The notes under the pieces: generated by a model | The model's database searches: none | What the model was told of the DNA's origin: nothing | The model's input: the letters and a program-made list of their open reading frames with translations, nothing else | Assembly: GCF_018350175.1 (NCBI RefSeq) | Contig: NC_058373.1 | Coordinates: 110,238,001 to 110,302,000, forward strand | DNA length: 64,000 nucleotides | Origin: Felis catus | Lineage: Eukaryota | Reading direction: 5' to 3' | In this document: positions 1 through 64,000 of the stretch, piece by piece | Layout: every line of letters starts with the position of its first letter | Position numbering within the stretch: position 1 is the first letter of the stretch | Position numbers and translations under genes: made by a program

Positions 1-39
1 TCTGAGCTTCCCTAATCACAGCTCTTACGATACTGAGTA

Positions 40-175
40 CCTGTTTATTTGTCTGTATTCCCCCATTAAGTGGTATAGGAAGAAAAGACCATGTCTGCCT
101 GGTTCACATTTGAGTGCCTGGCACAGTATCTGAAACATTGTGAAGTCTCAGTTTCAATATGTTGAATGAATAAAG
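40..175 (+). mobile_element. Old LINE2 3'-end fragment
   Basis: gtgcctggcacagtatc...tgttgaatgaataaa resembles the L2 terminus. Confidence 0.5.
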
Positions 176-1210
176 GAATAATATGTTTTTTTTAAAAACA
201 CTTTTTTAATGTTTTAATTGTTAACTGTTTTAATTGTTTAATGTTTTAATGACACAATGCTCTATTAGCGTCATTCATTCATCAAGATGATTTGGAATCT
301 ACAGTGTGCCAGGTACCTGTGTCCCACAAACACGCTGTCTTACTGCCGTCACAGTTCTTAATCATGCTGGGCCAGCTGCTGCTGGATTTCTCTCTGAGCA
401 GGGAGCCCGTGAGCAGATTAACACTGTTGGTCACAGCTATCAAGCTTCTGCCTTCAACTTTGCACCCAACCTGCCTGGGCAAAGGTTACCGCCTGTTGCC
501 CAGTTCTCCAGTCTGGTGGGAACTTTCCTGTTCTATTCTGCCGAGAACCTTTTCTGGTCTATTGATGTTGAATTAAACTCATTGGCTTTAGTCTTGGTTT
601 CTCCTCGTCATACACACTGTAACGCGTATATTGTTCTCTTTCCATCCGCAGAACATCATCAGTTCTTTTCCCCAGGCAGAATCTGACACCACCCCACTCT
701 GTTTCTTTGTATTTATTAGTTTTCTAATTTGAAAAGGGAATTAACTCTGAATCTTTCTGTCTTCTAGAGTCACAGCTAATTTTTAATGCTTATTTAGCTT
801 TCCAATAACAGATCAAGATGCAAGCCTGTACCTGGAGGGGACTATTCTAAGAGTTGGCTCTATACCAGGGGTCTACCAATAAATGGGAAGAGAAACCGCT
901 AACCTCATAACGTGAATGGCATTGCTACCAAATTGAAACATTAGTGATTTTACTCTATTTTCAAGTTATGGTTTATCTTGCCTCATTTTGTTATCTCAAT
1001 AGACCCTCAAGTGTCTAAGTGAAGCTTTTCATGACCTTTCAAAGCTGTCCACAATATTTAAAATTTAATTTTTTCTTACAAGTGACAAGGTAGACAAAAA
1101 CATTTACCAAGAAAGTAACTTGGAAGATAGCAAGTGAAAAAGCATTTTTGCTGTTTAACGTTAACAGCAGCAGGATCTCAAATTGTAATGAGGTTTCTCT
1201 TTTCATATAG

Positions 1211-56485
<55,275 letters not shown>

Positions 56486-57998
56486 GTGAGAAATGGCCTA
56501 GAAGTTACTCTTATTTCCTGGGCACCGTGGTGACGTCACACATCCAGAAACTAAGCTTAGTCGCCTCTAAAGCAGCCTAGCAGTTTCATAAACTTAGGAA
56601 GGCAAACTTCGGTTGAAATTCTTACGCCAACCTTTTAGGAAGATTGCATTTTCATATATGAGACTTCAATGTTTTTTTCTTTAGCTTAAAATTTCATGTG
56701 AAGTTAGGTTTAATTTGAGAAGAGATCCTGGACGAAGTACTTAGAAACTTCAACTCTACTTCAGTGCTTGTGTGTCCCCCGGATGAAATCGTCTCTGCCT
56801 GTCCCTGCTTGTACGTAGGCAAATGCAAGTAGGTCGGGACATGTGCCTGATTTCTAGATGCTGGTCTGCAGGCCCCAGTGGGCATCTGGTCCTACGATGT
56901 GGCCTTAGGAGGCGTATCGGTGGCCACAAATCAAAGCTATATTCTCTAGTGCAACCTTATCAGAAATAAGACTGGTGATTTTATCTCCCCTCACAGAGTA
57001 ATGAAGCTGACACCACCCAGAGCTTTTAAGTGTCTTTTGTCTTCAAATTCTCTCTCCAAAGACAGACCCCAACTGAAATGTTTTTCACGTGCAACCTGGC
57101 ATGCAAAAAATGGTCACTCAGCTTGGGACCACTCATGCAGCTTTGTATTTATACCGGCCATGCGAGTCTCTTCTGTAGCAGTGTGCTCAGATATTTGGAA
57201 CACGCCTGAGATGCAGAATATACAGGAGGACCTGTAAGGAGAATGAGGAATTAGGGAGTAATGAAAATAAGATGCTCTTAATAATTTGGCATTTATTTCC
57301 TTGACCTCACTGTTTACTGTAAACCGTAAGTGAACCTGATTCAATCAGCAAGGGCGCCAGGCTAAGGGCTAGGAGAATTACAGACAGGAAGTAAGATGAG
57401 TCAATTACGTTAATGGGAGCAGACATCTGAGCAGCTGTAAAGCCAAGTGGTTTGAGAGTTCAGAGCTCATCTTTCTGGAGTGGGGGCAGGAATGAGGAGG
57501 AGCCTTTCAGAGGAGTGGTGTTTCCAGATGGTCCTGAGTGATGGGTTGGGATCCTTGAGGGTTACTGGTGGCAGAGACCGTTACGTTGTGAGCAAAAGGA
57601 TACAGGGATCGAGCAGCTTGGAAGTCTTTCAGAAAATAACAAGAAGCTCCATTGGCTCAAATGTAGGAGATGAAGCTAGAGAGGTAGATCAGGGCTAATG
57701 CTTAAAAGACCTTCAATCTCAACTGAAGATTTGGCCTCCTAAATAAAGTCTGAGTCATTCATGGTTCTTTAGCAGTGGAGGGTTTGCCAAAACAAATATT
57801 AGGGTGATCTGGCTGGCAGCATAGGCTGGGCTGAATTTAACTTGTCTGTATTGCCAGTTGAAAAAAAAAAAAATCTGTAGAAATCCATGGCGGTAACCCA
57901 AATAAGGATTAAGAGTACAGGTTTTGAGCACATCCTGCCTTTCCCACTTACTGTAGAAACTTGAGTGGTATCTAACCTTTATTTTATTATTATTATTA

Positions 57999-58434
57999 TT
58001 TTTTTTTTTTCAACGTTTATTTATTTTTGGGACAGAGAGAGACAGAGCATGAACGGGGGAGGGGCAGAGAGAGAGGGAGACACAGCATCGGAAACAGGCT
58101 CCAGGCTCTGACCCATCAGCCCAGAGCCTGACGCGGGGCTCGAACTCCCGGACTGCGAGATCGTGATCTGGCTGAAGTCGGACGCTTAACCGACTGCGCC
58201 ACCCAGGCGCCCCTTATTATTATTTTTTTAACGTTTATTTATTTTGGGGACAGAGAAACAGAGTGTGAGTGAGTGGGGGAGGGGCAGAGAGCACGGGAGA
58301 CACAGAATCCAAAGCAGGCTCCAGGCTCTGAGCTGTCAGCACACAGCCCGACGCGGGGCTCGAACTCACAAACTGTGAGATCATGACCTGAGCTGAAGCC
58401 AGACACTGAACCAACTGAGCCACCCAAGCACTCC
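57999..58434 (-). mobile_element. Young CAN-SINE (57999-58213) nested in the tail of an older one (58222-58434), within a MIR
   Basis: Outer TSD atctaaccttt; inner ttattattatt; MIR core agcctcagtttccaaatctgcaaa resumes at ~58450. Confidence 0.9.
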
Positions 58435-58722
58435 AGATCTAACCTTTCTAAGCCTCAGTTTCCAAATCTGCAAACTATGTCCAATAGCACTGCTTACGTC
58501 AGAGGCTGCTATGAGGATGAATGGTTTGTGTCTCGCATGTGGCACAGGACCAGCCTGTAGGAGCCAGCATTCCCTGAGTGGCTGTTATCATTGTTTTCCC
58601 CTAAGAAGACTGTAAGACGAAGTAGCATGTTTATTAAATGGGAGAGGATTCCCTCAGTGGTGTCTGATACTAAGAGGTCTTTCTTCCGGGAGACCAGTGT
58701 CTTTGACTCTCTTAAATTCCCA

Positions 58723-58900
58723 GTGCACCTGGGTGGCTCAGTTGCTTAAGCGTCCCACTCTTGATTTGGGCTCAGGTCATGATCTCATAGGCTCTGAGCT
58801 GGGCATGGAGCCTGCTTAAGATTCTCTGTCTCCTTCTCCCCCTGCCTCTCCCTCTGTCTCTCCCTCTCTTTAAAAAACAAAACAACAACAACAACAACAG
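58723..58900 (+). mobile_element. Older CAN-SINE
   Basis: gcacctgggtggctcag head, (AAC)n tail. Confidence 0.82.
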
Positions 58901-59126
58901 AGCATCTCAGATATTGGTTGACGTGAACATTTCAATGCTTAAGAATGCGATCGTTTCTGTTAAGTAAATTGTGTCTAGTATGTCTTTGTTGACATCATCT
59001 TTATATCCTAAGTCTTCTGGAGCACCTGGCGCTAATCGAGGGTATGATGACATCAGACCTGTTTATGGATCATTTAGGAGCAAGGTCTAGATTATGCTTC
59101 CCGAAGACTAGAGTGACAGTCCATTC

Positions 59127-59332
59127 TTTTTTTTTTTTCTTTTTTCTTTTTTAATGTTTATTTATTTGAGGGGGGAGGGACAGAGAGAGAGAGAGGAAGA
59201 GAGAATCCCAAGCAGTCTCTGCCCTGTCAGCACAGAGCCCACCTGAGGCTTGACCTCATGAAACTCGAGATCATGACCTGAGCCAAAAATCCAGAGTCAG
59301 GTGCTCAACCAGCTGAGCCACCCAGGTACCCC
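59127..59332 (-). mobile_element. Older CAN-SINE
   Basis: T-tract and antisense head ggtacccc. Confidence 0.85.
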
Positions 59333-59354
59333 TGCGAGCTATATTCTTGACCAT

Positions 59355-59510
59355 GTGCTTTTTACACATGATTTCACTTAATCGTCATTGTAATTCTGAA
59401 AGGTAGATACCATTATCCCATTTTACAGATAAGGAGACTGAGAAGTTGAAGATGCATAACCTGCCTGTAATTACATAGCCAGCCTGTGAGGCTCCAGGAT
59501 TTCCACTCAT
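59355..59510 (-). mobile_element. MIR fragment
   Basis: ccattatcccattttacagataaggagactgag MIR core. Confidence 0.75.
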
Positions 59511-60475
59511 AGTGGTGTTGCCTCCCTGCTCCCCTAGACTCTTGCGGTTTGTAGCGAAGAGAACAGAATGAGAGTCTAATCCCTTCAAAACTAGAGGACT
59601 TGGGAGAGAGTAATTTCTCTTCTCTTAAAGCAAAGACCAGTTGAGACACATGGCTGAGAGCCTAAGAAGCTCTGAGTGGGGTTTACCCTTCAGTTGACTT
59701 TGTGTGTTGAGGCAAGCTGAGACCTGCCATAGCCTCACGTGGAATTAGCTCCTTGTCGGATCTCTGACACTGATTTCATGCTGGGTACTACGCAAAGGTG
59801 TCACCACCAAGGAAAGGGGTTGGGAGCACAGGCTGCAGAATTTAGATCTGAACAATGCCAAGCAGAACCTTTAGTGTCTTGGTTGATAAACTAGGCACAA
59901 GATCCTGGATGAGAGAGCAGCAGGACAGCTATGGGTCTGTTTGCACACATACGCTATTAGCCTGGGGCGCAGTGCAGGGTGGTTACATGGTAATGAGGAG
60001 GAGAAAGCAGGCTTAGACCCAGGCCACTGTTCTTTCTCTACTTGTAAGGTGTTCTTCAGCTTCTGTAAAATCACTAAAGCAGAGAACCTGAAGGATACAT
60101 CTCCCCAAATTACCCGCTAATCAAAGGAGGGAGCAGGGGAACCTAACCTCACATAAGGTTATATTGGCCTTGGGTGTAGACATCAAAATTCCGAGAAGTG
60201 GCTCTCCATCAGAATTGCTGCAGGAGATTTTCCCAATCGTCATGGGCCCTTGGGCAGCTGCTTACCTTAATGATATCTAAATTCATGTAAAACATACTAT
60301 TCATTTCACCGACAGAAAGGCCATTAAAGCACTATGTTTTTTTTTTGTTTGTTTGTTTGTTTTTTTTTTGGTGTATGGTGTGATTATTCTAGAACTCAAT
60401 CTGACTTGATGACAAGAAATATTAATTTTATACTACTATGCTTATTTGACAGATTAAATGAAGAGTTAACTTTTT

Positions 60476-60843
60476 TATGTTTTGGGTTTTTTTTTAATGT
60501 TTATTTATTTTTCAGACAGAGAGAAACAGAGCATGAACGGGGGGAGGGTCAGAGAGAGGGAGACACAGAATCTGAAGCAGGCTCCAGGCTCTGAGCTGTC
60601 AGCACAGAGCCTGACGCGGGGCTCGAACTCGCGACCACAAGATCATGACCTGAGCTGAAGCCGGACGCCTAACCGACTGAGCCACCCAGGCGCCCCAAGA
60701 GTTAACTTTTTTTAAAATTACAGTTATTAGGGCACCTGGCTGACTGGGTCGGTAGACCATTCAACTCTTGATCTCGGGGTTGTAAGTTTGAGCCCCACAT
60801 CGAGTGAAGAGATTACTTAGAAATAAAATCTTTAAAAAAAAAA
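60476..60843. mobile_element. Head-to-head CAN-SINEs: minus 60476-60696 and short old plus 60730-60843
   Basis: TSD aagagttaacttttt for the minus copy. Confidence 0.88.
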
Positions 60844-61703
60844 TTGTTTTAAAATATGGTAGCTATTAGTTCCTCCCCCTTCATGTTTTCTTAGATAATA
60901 TCTTTGAGGACTGACCCAGCAAAATGTCAATGCAGGAGAGACAACTAAATTACGAGAAGTTTTCAGAACTACCAATATGTGTGATCCCGTTTTAGAAGCA
61001 GCTTGGCTACCTATTAGCGGGAACACTTTAGGCACGGGATGTTGGATGATGGACAAAAGGTACAAAGTTGGCTTGCTTCAGCCAGCACAGACCAAAGCTC
61101 TGAAAAGGGGGTCCTGCCCGCCCCCCCACCCACCTCCCCACCATCCTGCCTTCAGTGGGACTGATGCCAGAGGAAAATTCAGTCCCCTACTTCTCATCTG
61201 TGTCTACCTGGATTTCAGAAACCCAACAGTTGAACTCCTTAAAAACCCATCTACTTTTGTTTCCCAGAAACCCCTCCCCATTGCATTCAGTAAACCCCTA
61301 GCTTCATCCTATGAAGTAGGAGCCCTGTGGCCACTGGTCAGTCTGTCTTTGGTAAGTCACTTTGGCTGGTTGTGGAGCCTCTTCAGAGACCTGGGGAGAA
61401 GTAGCTGAGGAGAAGGAGGCTCTTTTTAAAGACTCTTTCTAGCAGTATGTGTGAATGATCTGGTCAAAGCTGTCAGTGCCTAAAACAGACGGGACCACTG
61501 GATGGAAAGACATACCCCAGAATGTTTACATTGGTTATCTGTTGGTGTTGGCATCATCAGTGATTTCGGTTTTCTTTTTGCTTATCTGTTTTTTCTAAAT
61601 GTTCATTATGGAAAAAGGAACCACGGGGGCTTTATTTTTTCTTTTCCTTAAGAAAAAATGTCCTCAATGTTTTTACCTTTCTCTCTAATTTCTCTTGATG
61701 GTT

Positions 61704-61905
61704 GGCGCGCCTGGGTGGCTCAGTCAGTTAAGCCTCTGACTTTGGCCCAGGTCATGATCTCACTGTCCGTGAGTTTGAGCCCCACGTTGGGCTCTGCGCT
61801 GTCAGCTCAGAGCCTAGGGCTTGCTTCAGATTCTGTGTCTCCCTCTCTCTCTCTGCCCCTCCCCTGCTCATGCTCTCTCTAAAAAATACAGATTTAAAAA
61901 AAAAA
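61704..61905 (+). mobile_element. CAN-SINE
   Basis: TSD taatttctc(t/a)tgatgg. Confidence 0.9.
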
Positions 61906-63429
61906 TTTAATTTCTCATGATGGCAACGTCATTAGCAGACTTGATATCCTTAAGCCAGTGTTTCACGGGGGGACTTGCTCAGGCATGCTTCCATACGATC
62001 CCTCCCTGTTTAGACTAGATAGTTCTCACTATCAGAAGAATCAAGTCCATGAAAAGAAACTTTTTAACTAAGCATAATTTTCACATTTCACCTACCAAAC
62101 GTGAAAACCCCACCTGTTTCACAATAGTAGCAATTAAAATTTTGTCATTTAAACCTAGCAGTTATTACCATGGCGACCGTGTGTTGGGAGTGTTTTCCAT
62201 CCCTTGCAGAATGGGCAGGGAGATGTGTGCCTTTTTAAGTTGATAAAGTTTTTCCTCGCTCTCTTTTTATCTGTATTCTCTCAAGGTTATTTTGGAAGAC
62301 CAAACAATGCTGCTAGTCATAGAGTTGACTTGCTCTGGCCTGATCCAGTACAACTGGAAGGATTTAGAGATTTTAGTGCAGGAGAAGCCAGATGTGAGGT
62401 CACCCTCCCCATCTCCATTTTCCTTCCCATCAGCCTGATCTTTCCCCCTCCGGAGCATGGGGCTGCTGCTCCTGGGCCCTGAGGGTTGGGGAGTTTCCTC
62501 AAGAAGACCGCAACCACCAGGGGGTCAGTGAACAGACAGCATCGGGCAGCATCAGCAGGTCCAAAGTACTAGTCTTTGGGGGATCATACTTAGCAGGTCC
62601 CAGGGACAGCTAAGCGTGTAGGCACCAGTTAGATGTTGCATTTGGGGAGAACGGTTTCCAAACCTGTCCTCTTAATTTCACGGGTCTAGAATGTGCTCGC
62701 TGTGTTTCAAGGTGGGGATATAATAATTACGGTATGTTGGGCTTTAGGGACCCATGAGAAATGATATTGTTGAGGCTTCAAATAAGGCTGAGAGTAGGTC
62801 TGAAAGGGGCTGGACACAAACCAAGGGTGCTCTGGTAAACAGCCACTTGGGATACCCTAGAGAAACCCAGATTAAGGATATGGAGGAATTTTCAGAGACA
62901 TTATGGTCAATCCTGGGAGGAGCTAACAAGGAAAATTGCAAAATCTCTTCCTCTGCAAAGTCTTGAAGTCCATTTGGGCTATAACATAGAGTTTTTTTGC
63001 AAAAGGCGGAGGAATGGAGTTGGTGAACTCTCTGCCTTTTCCTAAACCAGGATGCACAGGGCTAAAAAGGCAGGGCAGAAACCCACCTCCCACCCCCGCA
63101 TTCCCTGGAAATTTCTTCCTCAGGAGGACCCTAGGAGGGTATCCCTGTTGGACTCAGGGGTTTCCAGTTTCACCAGTTCTTTCCAACCTGAAGCCAAAAT
63201 TTGGCTTGAGGAGGACAGAAATCCTCTTTCCCGTGCCCCAGACCTAAATGTTTCTCTTCCCTCTGTTTACAGCACTTCATAAATAACCCACAGCCAAGAT
63301 AACACTGTGACTTTCTTCCCCCAGCATTGCAATCCTGTAGCGTCAGAACAAAGACTGTGTGTGTGAGAGAGAGAGGAAGGAGCTGGAGATATTTGTTTAT
63401 TGGAAGGGAGAAAACGGAGATTAAAACTG

Positions 63430-63614
63430 CAGTGAGCCGAGAGGCAGGTCGGCTCCCTTCCTGGGGGCGCTGCTTTGTGGCCCGAGCCTGCGGGAGGGCG
63501 GCCGCTCGGATGCTGAGCCAGGGGATGGACTGGCGGGTGGCCGGGGGAGGGGCTGCCTTGGCCCGGGAGGTGGAGGTGCAGCCGGGAACTTGGAGCTTCC
63601 CCTAAACAGAAGGA
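63430..63614 (+). promoter_or_regulatory. CpG/GC-rich candidate internal promoter / 5' UTR
   Basis: GC-rich non-repeat intronic block with many CpGs, GGGCGG at 63496-63501, GCGGCCGC at 63498-63505. Confidence 0.55.
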
Positions 63615-63634
63615 ATGGTTTTTTCTCATCAACA
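63615..63634 (+). CDS. SYNE2: Candidate coding part of an alternative first exon of a short nesprin-2 isoform (MVFSHQ + 2 nt)
   Basis: ggaATGg Kozak context, in-frame stop at 63603-63605, ACA|gtaagt donor in phase 2 (same as exon ending 56485), directly downstream of a CpG-rich block. Confidence 0.55.
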
Positions 63635-63760
63635 GTAAGTGCCATTTCAGCCATCAGCCCAGCATATGGCCGAGGGGCGGCTGCTGCCTCTGTATGTCTC
63701 CCTTTCTTGCTCCCTCATTTTGGTTACAATAGGAGCGATGGATGAGATGGTGGCTGTGGA

Positions 63761-63763
63761 GTG

Positions 63764-63807
<44 letters not shown>

Positions 63808-63808
63808 C
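63761..63808. repeat. (GT)n(GC)n alternating purine-pyrimidine repeat
   Basis: Read directly. Confidence 0.92.
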
Positions 63809-64000
63809 TCAGCCATTGGGGGGGGGGGGGATGGGTTCTCTCCCAGTGTCAGCTCAAGAGCGTGGCGTCTGCGCCCAGCTTTTGACAAGCAAGGGAGAGG
63901 GGTGATTATGCTGTGTGGAAAATGGAAGTCCTCCGGCGACATGAATGCTTCAAAGAGACGATTAGCTCGAATGTCTCAAATCAGGGCCTCAAGATCTTGG

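Noticed and set aside
282..686. Three overlapping ORFs of 66-126 aa at the window start
   Set aside because: Non-ATG starts, begin in an L2-like remnant, no similarity to nesprin or other recognisable proteins

Overview
Mammalian genomic DNA, almost certainly felid judging from ~50 CAN-SINE/SINEC_Fc-type elements. The whole window lies inside SYNE2 (nesprin-2, giant spectrin-repeat LINC-complex protein) on the + strand. I traced 29 consecutive internal coding exons (1211-56485). All have AG/GT borders and matching phases and join into one stop-free frame of 4619 nt (1539 codons + 2 nt). They encode spectrin repeats of the C-terminal part of the rod; neither the N-terminus nor the KASH domain is in the window. 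Introns contain many tRNA-derived SINEs (several young, nested or inverted), old L1/L2/MIR fragments, a MER58-like hAT element, an MLT1-like LTR and microsatellites. No prokaryotic-type system, CRISPR array or functional RNA gene is supported. Best second-look signals: (1) a CpG-rich candidate internal promoter and mini first exon (ATG GTT TTT TCT CAT CAA CA|gtaagt, 63615-63634) whose phase matches the last full exon; (2) a candidate L1-derived poison exon (40760-40865) behind a ~210-nt pyrimidine tract; (3) a GC-box/CCAAT promoter-like block just upstream of the exon at 52006; (4) one anomalously CpG-rich exon (39873-40107); (5) inverted SINE pairs that could drive dsRNA editing or back-splicing. 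Gene and repeat names come from recognition, not from database searches, and repeat borders are approximate.
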